A stretch of DNA of 64,000 bases from Candidatus Bathyarchaeota archaeon (GCA_963715865.1 OY970280.1:352001-416000), one strand, 5' to 3'; numbered from the stretch's first letter, positions 1-12,141 are shown. Numbers and translations: made by a program. Notes: generated by a model not told the origin, from the sequence alone.

Positions 1-284
1 GTGAAGATTAATGGTTGGCGGGTTGAACTGAAAAGGATGGAAAAGTACAATTTCGCCTTGGGAATGAAATGCCTGTTGGATTTGTGAGCATTGTGCTGCT
101 ATATACTCATACACTTTTCATTGCGCTGATAAAACGTTCTTACTCCGATTGTTGCACTTGCAAAGAATGAGTTCTGAAATAACGATTGCCCTTTGTTTAG
201 AAGGCTTTGCCTTGGTTTTTTATTGATTAGTGGAAGTATCTTTAACAGGGTGTTTTTTGTTACTGAACTGCAAGGCTGATTCAG

Positions 285-911
285 GTGGTAGATGCTTGGC
301 GTGAACCATACCATGTTGTTATCGAAGTGGAAAATCGGCGTTGTAAAATGGTTAAGAAGCTTGCTGCTCTTGGGTTTAAACATTTGAAAGTGGTTGATGT
401 TAGAAGTTCAAGCAGTGGGTCGGTTAGGCATCTGATGGATGTTGGTGAAGATCAAACTCGAAAAGTTCCAAAGGAGCTTGCGGCTAAAGGTCATGTTGAA
501 GGTAAATCTTCTGTTTGGGTTGAAAGTGAAGGCTGTGAAGTCTGCAACACTATCTTGTCACATGACGCATTTTTAGTTTCAGGCAAAAGCATGGAAGATA
601 ACATTATAACGTACAGTTTTATGGTGCCAACCTTTGAAGCGTATAAAGGCATAATAACTGATTTGGAAAAAGCTGGCCACAAGGTAAATGTCCTTAAAAT
701 AGGCAAGTTCGAGCAGCAAATAGGCGTTTTAACGGAGAATCAAGAGAGGATTTTTTGGCTTGCGCTGAAAAGTGGCTTTTTTGATTATCCACGGCAAATT
801 GGCATGGCTGAACTTGCTGCTAAATTGGGAATTAGTCCTGCAACGCTTTCGGAGATTATCCGCAGAGGAACACGAAGATTGCTGGAGCATTATTTTAAAC
901 GAGAACTATAG
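285..911 (+). CDS. HTH_10 (bacterio-opsin activator-type) transcriptional regulator
   Basis: C-terminal LTENQERIFWLALKSGFFDYPRQIGMAELAAKLGISPATLSEIIRRG matches the HTH_10 pattern; start may be the ATG at 348. Confidence 0.8.
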   Translation: MVDAWREPYHVVIEVENRRCKMVKKLAALGFKHLKVVDVRSSSSGSVRHLMDVGEDQTRKVPKELAAKGHVEGKSSVWVESEGCEVCNTILSHDAFLVSGKSMEDNIITYSFMVPTFEAYKGIITDLEKAGHKVNVLKIGKFEQQIGVLTENQERIFWLALKSGFFDYPRQIGMAELAAKLGISPATLSEIIRRGTRRLLEHYFKREL

Positions 912-1062
912 CTGCTTGGTGAAAATTATAGTCCGCTTAGATAAAGCAACCAAAAGGTGATTTTGGCCTTTTATAGAAAAGAAGTAGAGGGCAGAAACCT
1001 ATAGTTGCTTGTCTAAGGCGTTTTTTAACCTGAGAATTTATAAAAACCGCCAAAAGATAAAG

Positions 1063-1740
1063 CTATATTCGTAGTACAACGTTTTCTGTGTATTTTTTTA
1101 TTATTTCTGCGAATTCGTTGATGGTTTCTGGCGTGTAAGGTTTGAGGGCTTGGAATTTTTTATCCAGCGTATCCTGTGGAATGAATTGTTGAAGTGCGTG
1201 GGTTTTTGAGCCTTTCACCAGTTCGCCAATGCATTTGGCGTCTTGGGCTGTGACTATTTCTGGTACTACGGTTGTCCTGAATTCGTAGGGCACCTTGCCC
1301 GTCTTTAGGATTTCCATGGTTCGCATGAGCCCAATCGTGTCTTTAGCGCCGAGTAGCTTGTATTTTTCTGTGCAGGTTTTCACGTCCATAGCCACGTAAT
1401 CCACGCTGCTAAGGCATTCCTCAAGCACTTCTGGGAAGAAACCGTTCGTGTCCAATTTAACCGTGAAGCCGCGTTCCTTAAGCTTAGCAAGGAATTTCGG
1501 CAGTTCCTTATGCATGCAAGGCTCTCCACCAGTCACCACTACTGTGTCAACGTATTTTTTGCGGCTCTCCAAAATTTCTAATGCGGCGGCTTCCTGTAGA
1601 AACGGCGGCTGCGGGTTTACGGCTATGCGCCAGTTATGGCAGAAGGGGCAACGAAGGTTGCAACCTGGAGTGAACAGCACGCTGGCTACTTTATCGGGGT
1701 AGTCAACGAGGCTTGTTTTTTGTAATCCGCTAAACTTCAT
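1063..1740 (-). CDS. nrdG: Anaerobic ribonucleotide reductase activating radical SAM protein
   Basis: GCNLRCPFCHN CxxxCxxC motif, VTGGEP, directly downstream of nrdD. Confidence 0.92.
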   Translation of the reverse strand: MKFSGLQKTSLVDYPDKVASVLFTPGCNLRCPFCHNWRIAVNPQPPFLQEAAALEILESRKKYVDTVVVTGGEPCMHKELPKFLAKLKERGFTVKLDTNGFFPEVLEECLSSVDYVAMDVKTCTEKYKLLGAKDTIGLMRTMEILKTGKVPYEFRTTVVPEIVTAQDAKCIGELVKGSKTHALQQFIPQDTLDKKFQALKPYTPETINEFAEIIKKYTENVVLRI

Positions 1741-1754
1741 TCTGTAACTTCCTA

Positions 1755-3881
1755 TTAAGCGGTTAAGGGCGCTGAAACCATTACGGCTGACCGGTCAAAG
1801 GTTTTGCGTATGGCAAATTCCGCTTGTTTCCCATCGTTCCATTGATCCACTGGCCTTAGGTAGCCGACTACTCGTGAGTAGACTTCGCAGTTTGCTCCAC
1901 AGGTTGGGCATTGCTTGTGTTCGCCGCTTATGTAGCCGTGGGTTGGGCAAACACTAAAAGTGGGCGTCAACGTGAAATAGGGCAGGTGTGAGTTCCAAGC
2001 TACTTTTTTGATTAATTCGGCAGCAGACTTCCAGGAGTTAAGCCTCTCGCCAAGGAAAATGTGGAACACTGTGCCTCCGGTGTAGAGCGTTTGCAATGTT
2101 TCCTGGTGTTCCAGCGCTTCGAACAGGTCGCCGGCGAAGTCAACAGGTAGCTGAGAAGAGTTCGTGTAGAACGGTTCCGCGTGGTCCGCAGTCACCTGCT
2201 TTTGGTTAGCTACTATAATGTCTTTGTACCGGCGTTTATCTATGCGAGCAAGCCTGTAAGACGTACCTTCAGCAGGGGTTGCTTCAAGGTTGTAGATGCT
2301 GCCTGTTTCCTCTTGGAAATCCGCTAAATGGTTTCGCATGAAAGTTAACATTTTAACGGCGAAGGCTTGTCCATCACGCGACGCAATATTTTGCCCTAGC
2401 AGGTTTATGATTGCTTCGTTCAGGCCCACTATGCCGATGGTGGAAAAGTGGTTCTTCCAATACTTGCCGTATCCTTCTTTCACATGTTTTAGGTAACGCC
2501 GTGAATACGGGTATAAACCGTTATCTGTGAACGTTTCAAGCACTTTACGCTTTATTTCCAAACTTGATTTTGCAATTTCCATTAAGGCGTCTAAACGCTC
2601 AAAGAACTCGTCCTCGTCTTTTGACAAGTAGCCGATTCTGGGAATGTTTAAGGTTACGACGCCTATGCTGCCTGTTAATGGGTTGGCGCCGAAGAATCCG
2701 CCGCCTCGCTTGCGTAATTCACGGTTGTCTATTCTTAGGCGGCAGCACATACTACGTACATCCTCGGGTTTCATGTCACTGTTAACAAAGTTAGAGAAGT
2801 ATGGCACTCCATACTTGGCTGTTACTTCGAAGATGGCTTGGGATACAGGTGAATCCCAATTGAAGTCTTTGGTTATGTTATATGTGGGAATTGGGAAAGT
2901 GAAAACTCTGCCTTTCGAGTCGCCCTGGCGCATGACTTCAGCGAAGGCTAAATTGAACATTTCCATCTCTTTGGTCATGTCGCCGTATGTGTCTTGGGTT
3001 ACCTTGCCATTGTAGAGAACTGCCTCGTTCTTCATAAAATCTGGCACAGTCAAATCTAAAGTTAAGTTAGTGAACGGTGTCTGGAAACCAACACGGGTCG
3101 GCACATTCATGTTGAAGAAGAATTCCTGAAGCGCCTGCTGTACTTCTTGCTGGTTAAGGTTATCATAACGTATGAATGGAGCAAGGTAAGTGTCAAAGTT
3201 GCTAAACGCCTGCGCTCCTGCCGCTTCACCCTGCAACGTATAGAAAAAGTTCACAACTTGACCTAACGCTGTGCGGAAATGTTTTGCCGGTTTGCTTTCA
3301 ATTTTGCCTGATACTCCGCCGAATCCTGAAAGTAGCAGTTCGCTTACGTCCCAGCCGACGCAGTAAGCTCCTAAAACGCCTAAATCGTGAATGTGCATGT
3401 CACCTGAAAAGTGTGCATCAGCAATATGCGAGGGATAAATCCTTGATATCCAGTACTTGGCTACCACAGTGGATGATAGGTAATTGTTCAATCCCTGCAA
3501 GGAATAGCTCATGTTACTGTTTTCTTTAACCCGCCAATCCTCAACCTCAAGGTACTGGTCCACCATGTCTGAGGAGCTTAACAGTGCAGCTAACTCACGC
3601 ATGTCAGTATGTTGTTTCCTATAGAGAATGTACGCTTTCGCCGTCTGCGCGTGTCCGTTTTCAATTAAGCGTTTTTCAACGATATCTTGGATTTCCTCAA
3701 CCGTGGGAACTCCGTCATCGCCGTAAATTTTTTGCAGTTCAGCCACTACTTCGTCGCTTAAGCGTTTTGCTAGCTCTTTGTCTTTTCCGCCTACCGCTTT
3801 AGCGGCTTTCCAAATGGCGTTTGTTATACGTTCTTGATCGAAGGATTCTAATTTACTATCACGTTTTAATACAAACTTCAT
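1755..3881 (-). CDS. nrdD: Class III (anaerobic) ribonucleoside-triphosphate reductase with ATP cone
   Basis: N-terminal ATP cone, SMCCRL active-site finger, C-terminal Zn ribbon and YSRVVGYLRPV glycyl-radical motif. Confidence 0.97.
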   Translation of the reverse strand: MKFVLKRDSKLESFDQERITNAIWKAAKAVGGKDKELAKRLSDEVVAELQKIYGDDGVPTVEEIQDIVEKRLIENGHAQTAKAYILYRKQHTDMRELAALLSSSDMVDQYLEVEDWRVKENSNMSYSLQGLNNYLSSTVVAKYWISRIYPSHIADAHFSGDMHIHDLGVLGAYCVGWDVSELLLSGFGGVSGKIESKPAKHFRTALGQVVNFFYTLQGEAAGAQAFSNFDTYLAPFIRYDNLNQQEVQQALQEFFFNMNVPTRVGFQTPFTNLTLDLTVPDFMKNEAVLYNGKVTQDTYGDMTKEMEMFNLAFAEVMRQGDSKGRVFTFPIPTYNITKDFNWDSPVSQAIFEVTAKYGVPYFSNFVNSDMKPEDVRSMCCRLRIDNRELRKRGGGFFGANPLTGSIGVVTLNIPRIGYLSKDEDEFFERLDALMEIAKSSLEIKRKVLETFTDNGLYPYSRRYLKHVKEGYGKYWKNHFSTIGIVGLNEAIINLLGQNIASRDGQAFAVKMLTFMRNHLADFQEETGSIYNLEATPAEGTSYRLARIDKRRYKDIIVANQKQVTADHAEPFYTNSSQLPVDFAGDLFEALEHQETLQTLYTGGTVFHIFLGERLNSWKSAAELIKKVAWNSHLPYFTLTPTFSVCPTHGYISGEHKQCPTCGANCEVYSRVVGYLRPVDQWNDGKQAEFAIRKTFDRSAVMVSAPLTA

Positions 3882-4324
3882 TTTTTCACCTCAAGGAGTA
3901 ACCGCCTGAAATCTTCAGGCTCTTCAAACTGCTTGTAAACTGAAGCAAACCGAATGTACGCTATGCGGTCGACGTTTTTTAGGGACTTCATGATTAAATC
4001 CCCGATTTCTTGGGATGCAACTTCTTCGGTGCCTTTAAGCATAAGGTCTTGCCTTACTTGGCCTGATAGCTCATTGATTTGGCTCATGGTTACAGGTCTT
4101 TTCTCGCACGCTTTCTGCAAGCCCCGTATTATCTTGTTAACGTCGAATCGTTCAAGCTTGCCGTCTTTTTTTCTTACCATAAGCTCTACGGTTTCAAGGT
4201 ACTCGTAGGTTGTGTAGCGTTTTCCGCAGTTAATGCATTCTCTGCGTCTGCGCGTAGTGTTCTCTGGGGAATCGCGCGTTTCCAAGGTTTTGGAGTTTTC
4301 AGAGTTGCAGTAGGGGCATCTCAT
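3878..4324 (-). CDS. nrdR: Transcriptional repressor NrdR
   Basis: MRCPYC...TRRRRECINCGKRYTTYE Zn ribbon, ATP cone, AYIRFASVYK; real start taken as ATG at 4324, not the track's 4582; overlaps nrdD start by 4 nt. Confidence 0.93.
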   Translation of the reverse strand: MRCPYCNSENSKTLETRDSPENTTRRRRECINCGKRYTTYEYLETVELMVRKKDGKLERFDVNKIIRGLQKACEKRPVTMSQINELSGQVRQDLMLKGTEEVASQEIGDLIMKSLKNVDRIAYIRFASVYKQFEEPEDFRRLLLEVKK

Positions 4325-4346
4325 ACATTTAACATACTCGTGCAAT

Positions 4347-4403
4347 GTTATATATGTAGTGTCAACAAGCTTAATGTACACACTACAGTTAGCGCATATA
4401 TAA
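4347..4403 (-). promoter_or_regulatory. nrdRDG promoter: TATA-like box with two candidate NrdR boxes
   Basis: TTATATAT on minus strand at about 4396-4403; 16-mers at 4347-4362 (ACACTACATATATAAC on minus) and 4380-4395 (ACACTACAGTTAGCGC on plus) resemble acaCwAtATaTwGtgt, 33 bp apart. Confidence 0.45.
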
Positions 4404-4644
4404 GCTATTTTCACATCAACTTTGAAATATAGTCTATAAAGGCAAAAATAGATCCATAAAAATAAACAAAAAGCACAAAATAAAAAAATTAGAAAAAGCC
4501 CTTTTTTGGCAAAAAAGCCCATTTTCACGTAAATATTAGTTTGATTAAGGTTTGCGCAAAAAATATAATTAAAATAAGGCATACTTTTTTATTTGCCTTT
4601 TATAGTCCAGTCTTAACGCGAGAAAAAAGCTAAAGGTAGAAAAC

Positions 4645-5019
4645 ATGGAACCCAAAATTGTAAAAGCTAACTCCTTAAATGAGTTCTCAACGGCAGAACG
4701 CTGTTTTATAGCTGAAAATTACAGCTCCAATCGCATTTCAGTAGCACGCGCCCGAGTACAACCTGGAGTTACAACCGTTGCACACCATCTCAGTGGCGTA
4801 GATGAGATATACCTTGTTACAAGTGGACGGGGCAAAGTAAACGTTGGCGACCTTGAACCAACCGAAGTAGGCGCGGGAGACGTAGTTGTTATTCCAGCTG
4901 GTACCTCTCAAAGAATAACTAACATTGGAAAAGCCGATTTAGTGTTCTATTGCATTTGCACTCCCAAATTCAATGCCAACCGTTACTGTGATGAAGAAGC
5001 GGAAAGCAAGCCGCCGTGA
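4645..5019 (+). CDS. Cupin domain protein
   Basis: AHHLSGVDEIYLVTSGRG and VVVIPAGTSQRITN cupin motifs. Confidence 0.85.
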   Translation: MEPKIVKANSLNEFSTAERCFIAENYSSNRISVARARVQPGVTTVAHHLSGVDEIYLVTSGRGKVNVGDLEPTEVGAGDVVVIPAGTSQRITNIGKADLVFYCICTPKFNANRYCDEEAESKPP

Positions 5020-5129
5020 AGCTTTTTTTATGGATATATGTCGATTATGGAAATACCGTTTATAAGTTGTAATAACATTTTATGGATTAAGGAAAGGAGA
5101 AGGCTTCCTTACATTTCTTTTAAGCGCTT

Positions 5130-8010
<2,881 letters not shown>

Positions 8011-8049
8011 TTGTGTTTCACTTTGAATAATTTGTGTGGTGAGGGATGT

Positions 8050-8184
8050 TTATCCGCCTGTTGCTTTATCGGTGCCTATACAGCAAGTACATTTTGCGGT
8101 TTCTCCGCAATACGGGCATACACAATTACAATCGTCGATAAAATTTCCGCAGTTTACGCAACGAGGCTGTTTTTCTTCTGTCAT
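8050..8184 (-). CDS. 44-aa cysteine-rich (9 Cys) small protein, putative metal-binding
   Basis: Translated by hand (below ORF-track cutoff): MTEEKQPRCVNCGNFIDDCNCVCPYCGETAKCTCCIGTDKATGG; ends 39 bp before the oxidoreductase alpha start on the same strand. Confidence 0.65.
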   Translation of the reverse strand: MTEEKQPRCVNCGNFIDDCNCVCPYCGETAKCTCCIGTDKATGG

Positions 8185-8296
8185 TCACTTCGCCTCTGCC
8201 ATATTTATGTTGCAGAGCCTTAGGAATTAAGTTTTTCGGAGAAACTATCTGCTCTTAAAAAATTTTATAATGAAAGAAAGGGGAAATTTTTAGATT

Positions 8297-9277
8297 TTAT
8301 CTTACGAAGTCGTCGAACGTCCAGAAGTGGTCTTCTTCTTGAATTATTATGTCTTCGAACATGCGTCTTGTTGTTGTGTCGCCGCGTTTGAGTGCTTCAG
8401 CGATGATTTGTCGGTACAGGGATATTGCGCTACTTTCCAATGCGTGATCCAATTTTAGGAAATCCATAGCTGTGTCGCCTACAACTGGAAGTGGATCTGG
8501 CGTGGTTGTTGCTTCGCCTTCAAGTAGGTAAATGCGCTCGCTGATTTTTTCTAAGTGGTCCATTTCTTGCATGAAGATTTCTTTCAGTATCTTGCTTACT
8601 ACGTTGGCTTTGTTGGTTTCAGTTATGGTTTCTAGCGGTGTGTTCTTCATTCGAAGTTCAAGAAAAGTCGCTTTCTCGTGCTGATTCGTATATTGGATAA
8701 TCCCGGTGATTTCTGCTGCGACAGCCTTGTTTAAGAGGACAAAGTAATCGTCTGTGTATATTTTGCGCCATTCAGGCAGTGGCACTTTGCTTGGCTCTTC
8801 TTTCTCGTCTTGGAACTTGGTGTATTCTTGGAATTTGAATAAGTGCCCTTCTTCTTCACCGTAGATTTTCTCGAAGAGTTCACGTGTTTCCCAATCGCCC
8901 ATTTTCCCAGCGGTCTCGATGATGTGGCGGTAAAGCGTTAACGCTTCTTCTTCAGCTTTTACGCCTAGTTTGGCAAATTCGCTTATGCTGTCGCCAATGT
9001 TAGGTTTGCCTGATTTAGTTGTTGCTTTTCCACCAAGATAGTAAATGCGCTCCATTATGCTTGCGGCATGTTTCATTTCTTGGATAGCAATTTCTCGTAG
9101 GAACTTTCCAACGGCGTCATAGGTGGTTTTGTCTAGGAGGATGTTTTCGGGGATGGTTCTGCGCACGAGCTTTTCCATTTTTGCATGTTGAAGTATATAC
9201 TGGACTGAAACAGCAATTTCACGTTCAACTGCTTTGTTTAGCAAGTCTACGTAGTCTGGGGTTGTTTTAACAGCCAT
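8297..9277 (-). CDS. Tandem two-domain ferritin/bacterioferritin-like protein
   Basis: Two homologous halves (LLNKAV.EI...QY, EMxH, E..A..LY, EExH), each with a full diiron ligand set; start taken at ATG 9277. Confidence 0.85.
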   Translation of the reverse strand: MAVKTTPDYVDLLNKAVEREIAVSVQYILQHAKMEKLVRRTIPENILLDKTTYDAVGKFLREIAIQEMKHAASIMERIYYLGGKATTKSGKPNIGDSISEFAKLGVKAEEEALTLYRHIIETAGKMGDWETRELFEKIYGEEEGHLFKFQEYTKFQDEKEEPSKVPLPEWRKIYTDDYFVLLNKAVAAEITGIIQYTNQHEKATFLELRMKNTPLETITETNKANVVSKILKEIFMQEMDHLEKISERIYLLEGEATTTPDPLPVVGDTAMDFLKLDHALESSAISLYRQIIAEALKRGDTTTRRMFEDIIIQEEDHFWTFDDFVR

Positions 9278-9419
9278 AAATAACCACAACTTCTACTCAG
9301 AAAGGAACAATCACTTAGATATAAGATTTTTTATGAAAACAAATTCAGGGAAAATAAATGAAATCAAAAAAGAGTCTCTGTCAAGTTGACGGTTGGTGTT
9401 TTTGTTGTTTATTGACTTT

Positions 9420-9535
9420 TTTACTACGTACATGGGCTAAAGCACGGGAAACTTTACTACGTACAAGCCAAGGGTCTTAGGATGTACGTAGTATAACTTG
9501 GGACCGACAAAAAACCTCAGAATGTACGTAGTAAA
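9420..9535. repeat. Four copies of TACTACGTACA core, two forward then two reverse
   Basis: TTTACTACGTACAT 9420-9433, TTTACTACGTACAA 9453-9466, ATGTACGTAGTA 9482-9493, ATGTACGTAGTAAA 9522-9535. Confidence 0.9.
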
Positions 9536-10355
9536 CTATCAACCGAAAGTTTACAATGACCCTTTAACCGAGAACTTGGCAACTTCTTTTTTAGTACAAT
9601 CGCTTACGAATAAAGTTAAAAATAAGAAGATAGCAGTGCTAAAGCGAAGGCTGGTACCTTTGAGTGTGAAGCGAGCCGCCATTGCCGTCATTGCGTTAAC
9701 CTTAATTCTAGTTATCCTTAGCTCTTTTCCAGCGCAAATGTATCAACAGAAAATCTTCACTTACAGCTACTCGGAACAGCCAGTTCGGCGGCTTCAAGTT
9801 TACTCAGGAGTAACCAGCTTGAAAGCGATAACCATAGATGAGTACTGCATGCTGGCTTTCCCAACCTCCACCATGGTGCAAACAGCCCAATCATCATTAA
9901 CCAACTCTACCTGCCTGCAGATTTACGATTTTATCAATGAGAACCCAAGCATTCAATTCAGGGCTATTTGTGCGGGACTTTGCCTTCCAGTCGGGTTGGT
10001 GCAGTATTACTTGGCGGGGCTAACCAAAGCTGGGTTGGTTTCGTTTATTCGTGATGGACGTTACAAGCGGTTCTTTATTTCTAAAAGGTTTTCAAAGAGG
10101 GAGATGACTGCAATTTCCCTGCTTCGGCATAAAACGGCTAAGAAAATTGTTGAAGTGCTTTTATGTAAGAAGCAGTTGTCGCATTGCAGGTTAGCTTGTG
10201 AGGTTTCGATTACGTCTCAGGCGTTGACTTGGCAGATGAAAGCGTTGAGAAACACTGAGTTCATATTGCATGTGAATGAAGGATTAAAAACAATTTACTC
10301 CTTAGATGAATCTTCAGCGCCGCTGCTGCAGAAATATTTGGCTATTGTAAACTAG
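9498..10355 (+). CDS. Membrane-tethered double winged-helix transcriptional regulator
   Basis: Hydrophobic helix AAIAVIALTLILVILSSF, then IYDFINENPSIQFRAIC...GLVQYYL and a second wHTH (KIVEVLL...LSHCRLACEVSITSQALTWQMK); start uncertain. Confidence 0.7.
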   Translation: MGPTKNLRMYVVNYQPKVYNDPLTENLATSFLVQSLTNKVKNKKIAVLKRRLVPLSVKRAAIAVIALTLILVILSSFPAQMYQQKIFTYSYSEQPVRRLQVYSGVTSLKAITIDEYCMLAFPTSTMVQTAQSSLTNSTCLQIYDFINENPSIQFRAICAGLCLPVGLVQYYLAGLTKAGLVSFIRDGRYKRFFISKRFSKREMTAISLLRHKTAKKIVEVLLCKKQLSHCRLACEVSITSQALTWQMKALRNTEFILHVNEGLKTIYSLDESSAPLLQKYLAIVN

Positions 10356-10391
10356 CATGTGCTTTTAAGGCACGTTTTCAATTTCGCTTGT

Positions 10392-11030
10392 ATGCCAAAA
10401 CTGTATCTTTTAGGCGGAGAAAACGTCTTTAGAAGAAGCGCAAGGGAAGTAAACGAGAGAGCCTTCCAAGAGGCAGGAGAACCTCTAGTTGTTCTGGTGT
10501 TTGCTTGGGCAGGAGCATCATTCGACAAAGGCTATAAAAAAAGGAAAAGACTGGTTGATTACTTCATAAGTCTTGGCGCCTGCACAGTTAACTTTGTAGA
10601 ATACTCTGATTCGATGGAATTGATTGCTGAAAAAATGGCAAGTTCAAACTTAATCTACTTAACAGACGGGCTTGCAAGCGTTCTAGTTGAGCGATTAAAA
10701 AACATGGGCGTGAGCCGTCTGCTTAGTGATTATTGTGGAGTCATCGTGGGGAGAAGCGCAGGAGCCTTGGCACTTTGTAGAAAATGCATAATCACCTGCC
10801 GTCGCAATTCAGATGTAAAAATCATAAATGGACTCGGCTTAACAACTTTTACCCTTAAGGTTCACTATAAACCTGAAAAGGACGCTGAACTGGAACGGCT
10901 TTCAAAAGGAGAGAAAATTTACGCTGTCCCTGAAGGTTCAGCACTTGTTTACAATAATGGTAACTTATCATTCATCAATAATGTTTACTTGTTCCATAAG
11001 GGTGAGAGGCAAATCTTGAGTGAAGCGTAA
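10392..11030 (+). CDS. Peptidase E (S51) / class I glutamine amidotransferase-like
   Basis: LYLLGG, VGRSAGA nucleophile motif, KVHY; start taken at ATG 10392. Confidence 0.8.
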   Translation: MPKLYLLGGENVFRRSAREVNERAFQEAGEPLVVLVFAWAGASFDKGYKKRKRLVDYFISLGACTVNFVEYSDSMELIAEKMASSNLIYLTDGLASVLVERLKNMGVSRLLSDYCGVIVGRSAGALALCRKCIITCRRNSDVKIINGLGLTTFTLKVHYKPEKDAELERLSKGEKIYAVPEGSALVYNNGNLSFINNVYLFHKGERQILSEA

Positions 11031-11040
11031 AAAAGCCTTG

Positions 11041-11793
11041 TTAAGAGAAGAACCTTCGAACGTAAACGCGGGACTTGATAATAATTGGCGTTAAAGCAAC
11101 TGTAAGTATTGTACCGAGTGTGGCGAGCACTATTATGTCTCCGAAGACCCAACCGAAGAAAACCGTGGAAAAAATCGACAGATGAATATTGCCGAATGCC
11201 ACCAAAGCACCGACACCAAATACGCCTGACACTATACTGGCGACGAAAACACCGACGATTAACCAAGTTATCCAAGTTTTGCGGTCTTCAATAGATGCTT
11301 GAACAATCAAAAGTGCGATGCCAACTATGAATGTTGCAACAAAAACTGATGTTAAAGAAAGTATAAGAGCAATAGCTGAGCCAACCAAATCTAACCCGAG
11401 AAGCATATTCAGCCCGTAAGTCAACTTTTGACGCCTCAACTCTAAGGCTGGCTTAATTTTAAGTGACCTATAAATTAACAGTGGCACGAAACCTTCAAAA
11501 AAATCAGCCAGCGCCCAAACCAGCACAAACGGCAACGAATAGCCAAGATATAGACCCATAAACGCACAACTGAGATAACCTGCTAGGCAGCCCCAGACAC
11601 CGAACCAAAGCGCCAAAGGCACATAAATCGCCGCTGCAATATAGAGCCCAGAAACGCCGGGCACTGGAGCCACAGGAGCTAAGACAACAGCCCAAATTGC
11701 CAAAACAGTACATATTACTGTTGCAATTATGAAGACAACTGGTTGTCTCCAAGTTATGCCGGCGCCTGACGTATTGAAGCTAGTTTTTAACAT
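11041..11793 (-). CDS. Polytopic membrane protein (possibly ECF S-component/MASE1-like)
   Basis: About 7 hydrophobic helices; PLALWFGVWGCLAGYL, GDIIVLATLG. Confidence 0.6.
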   Translation of the reverse strand: MLKTSFNTSGAGITWRQPVVFIIATVICTVLAIWAVVLAPVAPVPGVSGLYIAAAIYVPLALWFGVWGCLAGYLSCAFMGLYLGYSLPFVLVWALADFFEGFVPLLIYRSLKIKPALELRRQKLTYGLNMLLGLDLVGSAIALILSLTSVFVATFIVGIALLIVQASIEDRKTWITWLIVGVFVASIVSGVFGVGALVAFGNIHLSIFSTVFFGWVFGDIIVLATLGTILTVALTPIIIKSRVYVRRFFS

Positions 11794-11898
11794 CTAAACG
11801 TTATTTATTGCCATAGAAATATAAGAATTATTAATTTTTAGGTGAAAGCTAAAGAGATTGAATTTTTAAAAAATGAAAAAATCGGCTGTATAGTTTAC

Positions 11899-12051
11899 TT
11901 ATAATCGTTCTCTTAATTTTTCTGTAAGAAGCCTTACAATTTCTTCTTTATCTTTTTCTATGAAATTCCAGAGTTGTTTACTTTCGTTGTCCAACAAACT
12001 AATTTTTTTTACATTAGGTTGATAAAAATTAATCTTTCTTTGAAAACGCAT
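11899..12051 (-). CDS. 50-aa hypothetical ORF or gene remnant
   Basis: Hand translation MRFQRKINFYQPNVKKISLLDNESKQLWNFIEKDKEEIVRLLTEKLRERL in AT-rich DNA. Confidence 0.3.
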   Translation of the reverse strand: MRFQRKINFYQPNVKKISLLDNESKQLWNFIEKDKEEIVRLLTEKLRERL

Positions 12052-12141
12052 TATCGCTCATGAGCCATCATCACATGATAAATATAAAAAAGTTCGTTTA
12101 GGCAGATACTAACCGAAACAAACTTTACGTATTCGTACAAT

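Noticed and set aside
1-87. Short open frame at the window start (VKING...LLDL-stop)
   Set aside because: Too short and featureless to call
1755-3881. Possible intein in NrdD, a frequent intein host
   Set aside because: Length (708 aa) and motifs are continuous; no HN/C,S,T splice junction seen
4325-4582. N-terminal extension of NrdR in the ORF track
   Set aside because: AT-rich promoter DNA translating to F/I/L-rich nonsense; NrdR homology starts at MRCPYC
9420-9535. Mini-CRISPR interpretation of the four-copy motif
   Set aside because: Repeats are only 12-14 bp, flip orientation midway and have uneven spacers; no cas genes in the window
12121-12140. AACTTTACGTATTCGTACAA resembles the 9450-9466 repeat AACTTTACTACGTACAA and abuts the tRNA fragment
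   Set aside because: A single match needing a 3-nt gap in AT-rich DNA; could easily be chance
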